Shown in pieces: positions 54,945 to 63,592 of a stretch of DNA of 64,000 nt. The stretch comes from Candidatus Avispirillum faecium. GTDB lineage: Bacteria > Bacillota > Clostridia > Oscillospirales > CAG-272. The stretch is from positions 46,926 to 110,925 of the forward strand of contig CAJFOI010000044.1 in assembly GCA_904396155.1 (NCBI GenBank). Direction: 5' to 3'. The number at the start of each line of letters is the position of its first letter. The first letter of the stretch is position 1. The position numbers and the translations under genes were made by a program. The notes under the pieces are model-generated. The model had not been told where the DNA came from, ran no database searches, and was given only the letters and a program-made list of their open reading frames with translations.

Positions 54945-55301
54945 TCAAGAGGGCGTCTCCTCGATAAACACCACGACCCGGTGCGGCAGGCAAACGATGT
55001 TTTCTCCCGTCTGCGAAATCTTGGGCTGATGCACACACAGCTTGTCCGGACAGTTTGCCTGCGTCACACAGGCACATCCGTCTGCGATCTGCAAGAGATT
55101 ATAGCCCCCGTCTTCCGTCTCAATACGCACCGTGGCGTCCTTGTACAAATCATACTTTCCGTAAACGGCACCGTCTACTTCCACTACCACCTGGCCGCCG
55201 GGCGTGCGAAAAAAGAGAACGAGAAAAAGGGCAATTCCGGAACACACCAACAGTCCGAAAATCAACAAAAGGTCCCGGCGGCGCCTGGAGTCCAGCGCCA
55301 T
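54945..55301 (-). CDS. NusG domain II-containing protein
   Basis: One TM helix, then VVVEVDG..YG.Y.L......I.......N.L.I.DG...V..A.CPDK.C. Its ATG overlaps the rnfB stop (TAATG). Confidence 0.7.
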   Translation of the reverse strand: MALDSRRRRDLLLIFGLLVCSGIALFLVLFFRTPGGQVVVEVDGAVYGKYDLYKDATVRIETEDGGYNLLQIADGCACVTQANCPDKLCVHQPKISQTGENIVCLPHRVVVFIEETPS

Positions 55302-56131
55302 TACTGTACCTCCGAAAACCGGTGTCTTCCGGACCGGTCTGCGCTGAGGATACATCCCACCGGACAGACCTGCGCACATTTGCCGCATGCAATACATTTG
55401 TCGTAATCGATGCGGGCGAGATTTTCCTCCACCGCAATGGCCCCGGTAGGACAGATTTTTTCACACTTGCCGCAGGCGATGCACGCATTGGTACATTTTT
55501 TCCGGGCGCGTGCACCCCGTTCCTCGTTGCTGCAGGCAATCACTTCCCGTTTTGTATCCGGAATCAGGGAAATGATCCCGTTGGGACAAGTTTTGACGCA
55601 CAGACCGCATCCAACACATTTGGGGGCACATACGTGCGCGATCCCCTTTTCCATATAAATCGCGTCATAAGGGCAGATCGCAGCGCAGTCGCCCTTTCCC
55701 AGGCAGCCATATGTGCATGCCTGCTGCCCGCCGTAAAGCATCCGGGCGCCGCTGCAGGTCTGCACGCCCATGTAATCGGCTTTTTGAACTGCATGGTCGC
55801 AGTCGCCGCAGCAGTGGACCACAGCTACCTGCTCCACTGTATTCTGAAACTCCACCCCCAGAGCTTCGGAAATCTGTTGGGACACCGCATCTCCACCGGG
55901 AATACACAGATTTGTCTGTTTTTCTGTACCTTCTGCCAGCACTTTTGCATACCCGTCGCAGCCGGTATATCCACAGGCACCGCAGTTGACGCCGGGAAGG
56001 CATTCCCGCAGCGCCCTTTCCAGTGCATTTTCCCGCACCGCCATAAATTTCGCCGCGACTACAAGGACAACTGCACAGATAAGACCGATCCCCGCCACGC
56101 AGGCAGCGGCGGACAAAATTGCTTCCAGCAT
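55301..56131 (-). CDS. rnfB: Rnf complex subunit B (polyferredoxin)
   Basis: N-terminal TM helix, the CGACGY.GC motif, and several CxxCxxCxxxCP clusters. Confidence 0.9.
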   Translation of the reverse strand: MLEAILSAAACVAGIGLICAVVLVVAAKFMAVRENALERALRECLPGVNCGACGYTGCDGYAKVLAEGTEKQTNLCIPGGDAVSQQISEALGVEFQNTVEQVAVVHCCGDCDHAVQKADYMGVQTCSGARMLYGGQQACTYGCLGKGDCAAICPYDAIYMEKGIAHVCAPKCVGCGLCVKTCPNGIISLIPDTKREVIACSNEERGARARKKCTNACIACGKCEKICPTGAIAVEENLARIDYDKCIACGKCAQVCPVGCILSADRSGRHRFSEVQ

Positions 56132-56143
56132 GTCGTCCCTCCT

Positions 56144-56740
56144 TTACAGAAGCATGTTGTCGATCACCCCGGCAAAGCCATAAAAGGCCAGGGCGACGAT
56201 AGAAGCCGATACCAGCGTAATGGGCATACCTTCAAAGCATTTGGGCGGCTTTGCCGTTTCGATCCGCATACGTACCCCTGCAAAGAGCACCATGGCCAGC
56301 AAAAATCCCAACCCGCAGCCCAGCGCGTTGGCCATCGCCTCTATAAACAGCTCGTATCCTTCGGTGATATTGTTTTTCGCCACGCCCAGCACAGCACAGT
56401 TTGTGGTGATCAGGGGAAGATAAATGCCCAGGGAGCGATGCAGTGCCGGCAGGTATCGCTTGAGGATAATCTCCACCAACTGCACCAGCGCGGCAATAAT
56501 TAAGATAAATACAATGGTCTGCAGATATTCCAAATTGAACGCAGTCAGAAGATAGGTGTGAATGGGCCACGTCGCCGCGGTGGCAAGCAGCATGACAAAC
56601 GTCACTGCGAGGCCCATGCCCACCGCAGAATGCAGCTTTTTGGATACGCCGAGAAACGGACAGATCCCCAGAAATTTCACCAGCACATAGTTGTTCACCA
56701 GCATGGCGGTGAAAATAATGATCATCAGATCCCGAATCAT
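56144..56740 (-). CDS. rnfA: Rnf complex subunit A
   Basis: VNNYVLVKFLGICPFLGVSKK and a polytopic ~198-aa protein. Confidence 0.93.
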   Translation of the reverse strand: MIRDLMIIIFTAMLVNNYVLVKFLGICPFLGVSKKLHSAVGMGLAVTFVMLLATAATWPIHTYLLTAFNLEYLQTIVFILIIAALVQLVEIILKRYLPALHRSLGIYLPLITTNCAVLGVAKNNITEGYELFIEAMANALGCGLGFLLAMVLFAGVRMRIETAKPPKCFEGMPITLVSASIVALAFYGFAGVIDNMLL

Positions 56741-57465
56741 TTTCCGCCCTCCTCTGCCGTGTCGTCAGGACCCTTTCCGGCGCCGGCCCCGTGGTCTTTT
56801 TCCGCGGCCTTTTTGAGGCTTCCGTCATTTGCGCCGCACACCGCCGCGCTGGGACAGCCTGCGCAGCCGAAGTCCCTTCCGGTTTTACGCTTTGTTACAG
56901 CGTTGACGATCGCGATCAAAAGACCGAACACAAAGAATCCGCCGGGGGAGTTGACCAAAATGGGGATGGAGAAATCAGACAAAACGGGAATTTCAAAACC
57001 CATCCACGAGCCCGCGCCGAAAATCTCCCGGATGGAAGCCATGGCAAACAGGGCAAGGGTGAAGCCCACGCCCATCCCCAGCGCGTCTATTGCCGAATCT
57101 AAAACCCGGTTTTTACTGGCGTACATTTCTGCACGTCCCAGGATAATGCAGTTGACCACGATCAGGGACAAAAATACGCCCAGCGCCTCGTACAGATCCG
57201 GCACAAACGCATGCATCACCATTTCAGCAATGGTGACAAAGCCGGCGATGATGACAATATAAGAGGGAATGCGCACCTTGTCCGGAATCACCCGACGCAT
57301 GGCGGAAATCACCACATTGGAGCCGAGCAGCACCGCGGTAGCCGCGATGCCCATACCAAAGGCATTGGACACCGATGTGGTTACGGCAAGGGTGGGGCAG
57401 GTTCCCAGCACCAGCACCAGCACCGGATTTTCCCGGAGGATGCCTTTTAGAAAATTCTTCCACAT
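56737..57465 (-). CDS. rnfE: Rnf complex subunit E (with a ~50-aa C-terminal tail)
   Basis: ENPVLVLVLGTCPTLAVTT. It overlaps the rnfA start (ATGA). Confidence 0.92.
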   Translation of the reverse strand: MWKNFLKGILRENPVLVLVLGTCPTLAVTTSVSNAFGMGIAATAVLLGSNVVISAMRRVIPDKVRIPSYIVIIAGFVTIAEMVMHAFVPDLYEALGVFLSLIVVNCIILGRAEMYASKNRVLDSAIDALGMGVGFTLALFAMASIREIFGAGSWMGFEIPVLSDFSIPILVNSPGGFFVFGLLIAIVNAVTKRKTGRDFGCAGCPSAAVCGANDGSLKKAAEKDHGAGAGKGPDDTAEEGGK

Positions 57466-57485
57466 AGATCTTTGCTCCTTTCCCC

Positions 57486-58730
57486 TTACTCCGCCGTCAG
57501 CCCGTCAAATGCGAGGAACACATCCTGCAGTGCCGCCCAGACACCGTCACCAGTCATGGTGGCGCCGGAGATAAGCGTAATATCCTCGCTTGCCGTATTT
57601 TTCGTAAGACCGATGAGTCCTGCTATATAAGCAGACTGATCTAAGGTATAATTGGAATAATACTCGCTGTTTTGGATCAATTCTCCAGATGCGCGGAACC
57701 CGGTAATCTCCCCTCCACTGTTGAGCACAAATACCAGCTTCATAGGTTCCCGGTATCCATAAGGGGTGCACACCATGGCATAGGCGGCATTCTCCGCGCC
57801 GGAAACAGCGTAAATGCTGGATACGGTGCCAAACTGATCCTTTGCAGAAATGGGTGTAAGCTCCGCCCCCTCCGGAAGCGCTCTGGCCGCCGCCGTTTTG
57901 TTTTTCTCGTGGATGGCATCTGTGTCTCCCAGCTCCATGGCGCGCTGCACCAGATCTGTATGCTGCGCCGTCACATCTGTCCCTTCCAAATCCACACAAA
58001 CAGCGCCGCCGGTGGTACTTACCGCAATGACATATATCTCATCGGATTCCTCCATGACGTAAATATATCCCACATCGTTTTCCGCCTGCAATGCCTGCCG
58101 CACGGATGCATCAGACACGGTCATTTCTTTCAGCTGCGGCGCACCTGCGCGATTCAGGGCACCGGGCAGCAGCTGCGGCTGCAGTTCTTCTATGATCTGC
58201 TCGTCCGTCTTGTTCCCCTGGGCCACACCACCCAGTTCTACCAGTACGGAAAAGGCGTCCTCCACGGCAGCCTTGAAAGCCTGGGAGGAATATGTGACGC
58301 CGGCGTACAAATCCACACCGGAAAGCGTAGAGTCCTGTCCTACATAGGAGCTGGGATAATCTCCAAAATCCTTGGACTCCGCATAGTTGGTCATTTCCAC
58401 ACCGGTGATCTTCCCGTCTGTGCTCACACCCAGGGTAAAGGTCATGGGAGAAGCAGAATAGGAAGAAATGGTGGAGAGAGTAACAGCGTAACCGCTCCCG
58501 CCGGTATCCCGGTACACGCCGGTAACTGCTTCAGGGATTTCCCCCGTGAGGGCCTCTTCCTCAAAACCCGCCGCGTTGGGAAGCACAACATACAGAGAGG
58601 CCTCAGCGCCGCTTTGGGCCGATTTTGCTATGATGGGAGCGGTGACGTAATTCACAGCAGCCAGCAGGACTGCTACAACCAGGCAGATTCCCGTCAAGAC
58701 CGCAATGCTCTTTGGGCCTTCGCGCTTCAT
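57486..58730 (-). CDS. rnfG: Rnf complex subunit G, double-length form with two FMN_bind-like domains
   Basis: N-terminal TM helix. The first domain ends in VDLYAGVTYSSQAF and the second in ITLISGATMTGDGV (SGAT flavinylation motif). Confidence 0.85.
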   Translation of the reverse strand: MKREGPKSIAVLTGICLVVAVLLAAVNYVTAPIIAKSAQSGAEASLYVVLPNAAGFEEEALTGEIPEAVTGVYRDTGGSGYAVTLSTISSYSASPMTFTLGVSTDGKITGVEMTNYAESKDFGDYPSSYVGQDSTLSGVDLYAGVTYSSQAFKAAVEDAFSVLVELGGVAQGNKTDEQIIEELQPQLLPGALNRAGAPQLKEMTVSDASVRQALQAENDVGYIYVMEESDEIYVIAVSTTGGAVCVDLEGTDVTAQHTDLVQRAMELGDTDAIHEKNKTAAARALPEGAELTPISAKDQFGTVSSIYAVSGAENAAYAMVCTPYGYREPMKLVFVLNSGGEITGFRASGELIQNSEYYSNYTLDQSAYIAGLIGLTKNTASEDITLISGATMTGDGVWAALQDVFLAFDGLTAE

Positions 58731-58758
58731 ATGGACTACCGTTTCCTTTCCTGATATA

Positions 58759-59724
58759 TTATGCCTTTTGTACCTTTTTCCTCCGCGCGGTCCCGAATAC
58801 CCGCCGCGCGCAAAGCTTGGTAATATAGGGGGTGAGAAGATTCATAAACAAAATTGCAAAGGACACACCCTCCGGATAGGTACCCCACAGACGAATGGCG
58901 GCGGTGATCAGTCCGCAACCGACTCCAAACACAAGCTTGCCCGCCGCCGTAGGAGGAGAAGTGGCGTAGTCGGTGGCCATAAAGATGGCACCCAGCATCA
59001 GACCACCGGAAAAAATCTGATAGAGCCCCGCCTCCAGGCTGAAGTCCTTTGCAAAAAAGGATACAAGAAAAACGGTTCCAATAAAAGCTACCGGGGTATG
59101 CCAGGTGATAACCCTGCGAATGAGCAGGTAAATACCGCCCATCAGCAGCGCCAGCGCGCAGGTTTCTCCCAGGCACCCGGCGTGCTTTCCCAAAACGAGA
59201 TCAAACAAAGAAGGAAGCTTTCCTGTCCCTTCCGCCGCCATCGCCAGGGGGGTGGCGCTGCTGACCAGATCCCCGTCGGAAAGTCCGCCGGGCCGGGTCC
59301 AGTTGGTCATGGACTGGGAAAAGGAAAGAAGCAGCACGATCCGCGCCGTAATGGCGGGATTTGCAAAATTGTTGCCGATACCGCCAAACAATTGTTTGAC
59401 AACGACAATCGCCACGATGCTGCCGAGAATCGCCTGCCACTCGGGAACAGACACAGGCAGATTGAATGCCAGAAGCATCCCGGTGACAATGGCGGACAAA
59501 TCCCCGATCGTAGGGGTGCGTTTTGTAATCAGTTCAAAAGCAAGTTCCGAAAGCACGCAGGCAAGCACGCAAATGGCCGTAATATACAGCGCCCGCACAC
59601 CGAACAGCAAAATGGACGCGACAAGTGCCGGACAAAGTGCAATGATCACATCCAGCATGATGGCGCCGGTGGTAACGCTGCTTCTGATATGCGGAGATAC
59701 CGTAATCTGGAGTTTTTGATCCAT
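58759..59724 (-). CDS. rnfD: Rnf complex subunit D
   Basis: SPHIRS....IM.DV..AL.P and the conserved SGATPL-like block (VSSATPLA). Confidence 0.92.
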   Translation of the reverse strand: MDQKLQITVSPHIRSSVTTGAIMLDVIIALCPALVASILLFGVRALYITAICVLACVLSELAFELITKRTPTIGDLSAIVTGMLLAFNLPVSVPEWQAILGSIVAIVVVKQLFGGIGNNFANPAITARIVLLLSFSQSMTNWTRPGGLSDGDLVSSATPLAMAAEGTGKLPSLFDLVLGKHAGCLGETCALALLMGGIYLLIRRVITWHTPVAFIGTVFLVSFFAKDFSLEAGLYQIFSGGLMLGAIFMATDYATSPPTAAGKLVFGVGCGLITAAIRLWGTYPEGVSFAILFMNLLTPYITKLCARRVFGTARRKKVQKA

Positions 59725-59754
59725 TTTCCAATCCCTTTCCGTATCCTGTAAAAG

Positions 59755-61059
59755 TCAGTTTCTGGATTTCTGCCATGCGGCAAGGGCCGCCTTAGCCAGC
59801 TTATTCTGCTGTACCAGCGGCCGCTTCGCCGGACACACGTAACTGCAGCAGCCGCATTCCATACACAAATTTGCGTGGATTTTTTGCAGTCCTTCCATGT
59901 CGCCGCTGCCATATGCCGCCGCAATGGACACGGGCGCCAGTCCCACAGGACAGATATTGGTGCATCTGCCGCAGCGGATACAGTTGGTTGCGTCCACCGG
60001 GGCCGCATCACGCAGATCCAGTGCCAGCAGCGCGTTGGTCTGCTTTAATACGGGCATACCCAGATCCGGCACGGATACTCCCATCATCGGCCCGCCGTAC
60101 AACACTTTCCCCGGCTGGCTTTTGAATCCGCCGCAAAATTCGAACACCTCCTCCAGCGTCGCCCCAATGGGCACAATTACATTCTGGGGTTTCGCCACAG
60201 CAGAACCGTCTACGGTGACGCATTTTTCCACCAGAGGCATTCCTGTGCGAATGTACCGGGCGACGGCAGCGAGTGTCGTACAGTTGAGCACAATCACGCC
60301 TACGTCAATGGGAAGCCCTCCTTCCGGCACCACCTTGCCGGTAGTGTGGTAAATAAGGACTTTCTCCGCTCCCTGAGGATACACAGACGGCAGCGCCTTT
60401 ACTTGGACTCCGTCTCCCTCTCTGGAAATCTGTTCCATGGCGCGGATACATTTCGGCTTGTTTTTTTCCACGCCAATTATAATTTTTTCCGGCCGCAAAT
60501 ACTTTTGCAGCAGGCGGATCCCCTCCAGCATATCCTGGCTTTGGTCCAGCATCGTACGGGTATCACTGGTGATATAGGGCTCGCATTCCGCCCCGTTGAT
60601 GATGATTTCCTGTAGCCGGGACGTGTCTTTGATATGCAGCTTCACGCCGGTGGGAAATCCTGCGCCGCCCAGCCCTACTACGCCGCTGTCCTGCACTGCT
60701 GCGACAAATGTCTCCAGATCCTCTACGGCAGGCGGTGCAATTTTCGGATCAAAAGACATGGCCCCATCCGGCTTTACAAAAACGGCCGGCACATAGCTGC
60801 CGTCAGAGGAAAGCACTTCTTCGATTTTTTCCACCGTACCGGACACGCCGGAATAGATGGGGGAAGAAACAGCCTCCCCGGCTTTCGCCAGCAGCGTGCC
60901 TACGCACACGGTATCACCGGGCTGTACCACAGGCTTTGCAGGTGTACCAATGTGCTGCACCATGGGATATATCGCAATATTCAAATCCACCATACGCGCC
61001 GGCACACTGTCAGCAGTGGATTTACAATGGGGGACCTTTACGCCCTTCAACCGTTTCAT
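59755..61059 (-). CDS. rnfC: Rnf complex subunit C
   Basis: GLGGAGFPT (NADH/FMN site) and two C-terminal CxxCxxCxxxCP clusters. Confidence 0.92.
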   Translation of the reverse strand: MKRLKGVKVPHCKSTADSVPARMVDLNIAIYPMVQHIGTPAKPVVQPGDTVCVGTLLAKAGEAVSSPIYSGVSGTVEKIEEVLSSDGSYVPAVFVKPDGAMSFDPKIAPPAVEDLETFVAAVQDSGVVGLGGAGFPTGVKLHIKDTSRLQEIIINGAECEPYITSDTRTMLDQSQDMLEGIRLLQKYLRPEKIIIGVEKNKPKCIRAMEQISREGDGVQVKALPSVYPQGAEKVLIYHTTGKVVPEGGLPIDVGVIVLNCTTLAAVARYIRTGMPLVEKCVTVDGSAVAKPQNVIVPIGATLEEVFEFCGGFKSQPGKVLYGGPMMGVSVPDLGMPVLKQTNALLALDLRDAAPVDATNCIRCGRCTNICPVGLAPVSIAAAYGSGDMEGLQKIHANLCMECGCCSYVCPAKRPLVQQNKLAKAALAAWQKSRN

Positions 61060-61115
61060 AGCCTATGATACCTTTCCTTGTCCCGCAGCACTGCAGCCAC
61101 AGATAAATTGAGTAT

Positions 61116-61144
61116 ATTATAAATCCAGAGGAAAGAATTGTCAA
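61116..61144 (-). promoter_or_regulatory. sigma-A type promoter of the rnf operon
   Basis: Exact consensus on the minus strand: TTGACA (61139-61144), 17-nt spacer, TATAAT (61116-61121). It lies about 55 nt upstream of the rnfC ATG. Confidence 0.7.
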
Positions 61145-61245
61145 TTCCCAGCGGAATATTCCTCGAAGTATAAAATGAAAAATTTGGAGAAACACACTGT
61201 TAGGATGTACCTGTTTGTCTCATTTGATTCTTGGAATTTGAAAAA

Positions 61246-61319
61246 ACAACCCCTCCGGTGCGGCTTATCAGCCCTCCTTGTGTAAAGGAGGGTGTCGACG
61301 CAGTCGACGGGTGGATTGT
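61246..61319. repeat. double-hairpin intergenic repeat: truncated (+) copy abutting a full (-) copy
   Basis: The 61246-61270 copy reads ACAACCCCTCCGGTGCGGC... and is truncated. The 61271-61319 copy reads GCCCTCCTTGTGTAAAGGAGGGTGTCGACGCAGTCGACGGGTGGATTGT. Confidence 0.75.
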
Positions 61320-61340
61320 CGAATTGCTATAATCAATAAT

Positions 61341-61372
61341 GAAACATCCCCTGCAGACGCAGAGGATGTTTC
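61341..61372 (-). terminator. hairpin terminator after the XRE gene
   Basis: GAAACATCC.CTGC-AGAC-GCAG.GGATGTTTC, directly abutting the stop at 61373. Confidence 0.6.
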
Positions 61373-61783
61373 TTACATATGTATGGTCACAGTCCGCACA
61401 ATATCCATCACTGCGGCCTTTTGCTCAGGCGTTTTATCCTTCAGCATAACTGCAATCTGGGAGGCCATCTGCTGCTCGTCCGGCGGCAGCGTATCCGACC
61501 AAAGATAATCCATCGTAATATGATAAAAATTGCACAAATGCAGCAAGGTATCCAGGGCCATGCCCCGCTCTCCCCGCTCAATATGCCCCATAAACGCAGG
61601 GGTAATTCCAATCGCCTCCGCAACCTGCTCCTGCGTATAGCCCAGGCGTTTGCGCTGGGCCCTCAGCTTGTTGCCCACAGCCACATAGTCCACCTTGAAT
61701 GAATACAGCGCATCCGTTGCGACCCCAGGCACAGACTGCCTGTCCGAAACACTTTGATAACTGCTTTTTTTCCTGCGTCCCAT
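61373..61783 (-). CDS. XRE-family helix-turn-helix transcriptional regulator
   Basis: HTH_3 core LRAQRKRLGYTQEQVAEAIGITPAFMGHIERGER, with a ~35-aa N-terminal and a ~45-aa C-terminal extension. Confidence 0.8.
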   Translation of the reverse strand: MGRRKKSSYQSVSDRQSVPGVATDALYSFKVDYVAVGNKLRAQRKRLGYTQEQVAEAIGITPAFMGHIERGERGMALDTLLHLCNFYHITMDYLWSDTLPPDEQQMASQIAVMLKDKTPEQKAAVMDIVRTVTIHM

Positions 61784-61959
61784 ATCAATCCACTCCCTTA
61801 CAGTACAACTATACTATAAAGAGCGTTTTTTAGGGAATACATAAATAGTATTAATTTTGTATCTTTTTAGCTGTAATATATTTCCTGTGCTGTAAGCTCC
61901 TTCCAAAACATAAAAAAATGGCCATAAAAATTCAGCGTGTATGCGCATGTATGCTTCTC

Positions 61960-61988
61960 TTGTCTTTGCATAAAAAATATGATATAAT
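61960..61988 (+). promoter_or_regulatory. extended -10 promoter of gene 62027..62629
   Basis: TTGTCT (61960-61965), 17-nt spacer ending in TGa, TATAAT (61983-61988). Confidence 0.5.
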
Positions 61989-62026
61989 GATTTGAAAACC
62001 AAAAATATCAGCGCAGAGGACCTGCC

Positions 62027-62629
62027 ATGAAAAATATCTACGTCGCTTTTCTCGCCTCCAATTACAAAAGCGGAAAATTCATCCGCCTTCTCACCAGGAC
62101 GCGCTACAGTCATGTAGTCCTGTCCGAAAGCCCACAGCTGTCTGAAATGTATTCTTTCGCCCGTCAGCACTACAATACCCCCTTTGTGGCAGGATTTGTC
62201 CGAGAACTGCCTTCCAGATATCTGCACAATGGAACAGACACGCCGGTAAAAGTCTGCAAAATATCCATATCCGACGCACGATACGAATGGATCCTGTCCA
62301 TGGTACACAGTTTCATGAGAAAACGAAAGCTGATGAAATACAACTTCTTTTCTGCGCTCGCCTATCCGCTGCACAGGTCCGTAAAAATCCCCAACGCGTA
62401 CATATGCATCGAATTTATCCGGCTGATTCTGGGGATCAAGCATTTTCTCACAATCCCTCAGTTGGAAAAACATCTGGAGAGCTGCGTGATCTATGAAGGA
62501 AGTCTGCGGGCGCTCACAAACGGCTGCCAGAACGAGGACGATTACTTTGAGCACAAATCCTTTTTCTATCAGGTAGGCCGCGGTGCGGCAGACCTGGCAC
62601 TGCTTATCCGTCGAATTCCTACCAGATAA
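62027..62629 (+). CDS. hypothetical protein, possibly a permuted papain-fold (YiiX/NlpC-P60-like) hydrolase
   Basis: Its strongly C/G-ending codons favour this strand over the antisense ORF 61814..62635. His in RYSHVVL precedes Cys in AYICIEFI, which is the order seen in permuted NlpC/P60 enzymes. The family call is tentative. Confidence 0.55.
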   Translation: MKNIYVAFLASNYKSGKFIRLLTRTRYSHVVLSESPQLSEMYSFARQHYNTPFVAGFVRELPSRYLHNGTDTPVKVCKISISDARYEWILSMVHSFMRKRKLMKYNFFSALAYPLHRSVKIPNAYICIEFIRLILGIKHFLTIPQLEKHLESCVIYEGSLRALTNGCQNEDDYFEHKSFFYQVGRGAADLALLIRRIPTR

Positions 62630-62644
62630 AAACAAAGAGCAATC

Positions 62645-63355
62645 TCAAAGGATCTGCAATGCATACTCGACGACTTGCACCGCCGAATTTTCCGCAGCTG
62701 CGATGAATTCGGTGTAATCCATGGCGGAATTTGCATCGGCACCGTCCGATATGCAACGCAGCATCCCGAAAGGCACCCGGTTGATATAGCATACCTGTCC
62801 CACGGCGCCGCCTTCCATCTCACAGGCGACGGCTGCAAATTGCTCCCGGATGCGGCTGCGCTGCGCTTCCGTGCATACAAAAGTGTCTCCCGTGGCGACG
62901 ATACCTGTTACCGGTGCCCGCCCAAGCCGGCCGGCACCCCGGCACAGCGCGTCTATGAGCTGTCCGTCGCAGGGAATCTGTACAATATTGATGCCGGAGA
63001 GCATCCCCGGCGGATCTCCCACTGCGGAGGTGTCCATATCGTATTGTACTACATGGGTGGCGACCACCAGATCCAGGGGCGCCAGCGGATCCGTCAGTCC
63101 GCCGGCCACGCCGGTTTGCAGGATACAGTCGGGCGCATACCGCAAAACCATCGTCTGGGCACATACTGCCGCAAACACCTTGCCTACGCCGCACTTTGCC
63201 GCAATCACTTTCTTGCCGCAGAGCATCCCCTGCACGTATTCGATTCCGCTGATCGTCTCTGTGGAAACGTCCTGCAGTTTTTTTTGGATCTCTTCGATCT
63301 CCACTTTCATCGCGCCGATGATCCCCACCGTCTCATATGTATTCTGCCGCTCCAT
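62645..63355 (-). CDS. mtnN: 5'-methylthioadenosine/S-adenosylhomocysteine nucleosidase
   Basis: VGIIGAMKVEI, KCGVGKV, TGVAGGL and EMEGGAV. Confidence 0.9.
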   Translation of the reverse strand: MERQNTYETVGIIGAMKVEIEEIQKKLQDVSTETISGIEYVQGMLCGKKVIAAKCGVGKVFAAVCAQTMVLRYAPDCILQTGVAGGLTDPLAPLDLVVATHVVQYDMDTSAVGDPPGMLSGINIVQIPCDGQLIDALCRGAGRLGRAPVTGIVATGDTFVCTEAQRSRIREQFAAVACEMEGGAVGQVCYINRVPFGMLRCISDGADANSAMDYTEFIAAAENSAVQVVEYALQIL

Positions 63356-63382
63356 ATGTCCTCCGACATCCTTTTTTCTTGT

Positions 63383-63411
63383 ATTTTACCCCGGACACAA
63401 AAATTTGTCAA
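63383..63411 (-). promoter_or_regulatory. sigma-A type promoter of mtnN
   Basis: On the minus strand: TTGACA (63406-63411), 17-nt spacer, TAAAAT (63383-63388). Confidence 0.6.
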
Positions 63412-63429
63412 GCAAGGAGCAGACAGCAC

Positions 63430-63458
63430 TTGACAGCGGCAGGGATTTGTGCTATACT
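63430..63458 (+). promoter_or_regulatory. sigma-A type promoter of the tRNA operon
   Basis: TTGACA (63430-63435), 17-nt spacer ending in TGc, TATACT (63453-63458). It ends 18 nt before tRNA-Gln. Confidence 0.7.
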
Positions 63459-63476
63459 TTGTACCGGTATCGGCGA

Positions 63477-63550
63477 TGGGATATGGTGTAACGGTAACAC
63501 ACGGGACTTTGACTCCCGTTTTGTAGGTTCGAGTCCTGCTATCCCAGCCA
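63477..63550 (+). tRNA. tRNA-Gln (anticodon UUG)
   Basis: Hand-folded cloverleaf: acceptor TGGGATA/TATCCCA, anticodon stem CGGGA/TCCCG with loop CTTTGAC, T arm GTAGG-TTCGAGT-CCTGC, and an encoded CCA. 74 nt. Confidence 0.9.
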
Positions 63551-63555
63551 GATTT

Positions 63556-63576
63556 GAAAGCAGGTCGCCTGCTTTC
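63556..63576 (+). other. perfect 9-bp hairpin in the tRNA-Gln/tRNA-Val spacer
   Basis: GAAAGCAGG-TCG-CCTGCTTTC. Confidence 0.6.
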
Positions 63577-63592
63577 CCCTATATATCCATAC

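Noticed and set aside
50127-56503. Long antisense ORFs 50127..51581 (-), 52473..54443 (+) and 55055..56503 (+).
   Set aside because: They lie opposite pgk/tpiA, the LRR-dockerin gene and rnfB/rnfA respectively, all of which have clear family signatures on the other strand.
61814-62635. 273-aa minus-strand ORF overlapping gene 62027..62629.
   Set aside because: Third-position C/G enrichment and an SD plus extended -10 promoter support the plus-strand frame. The minus frame shows no such bias. This remains the least certain strand call in the window.
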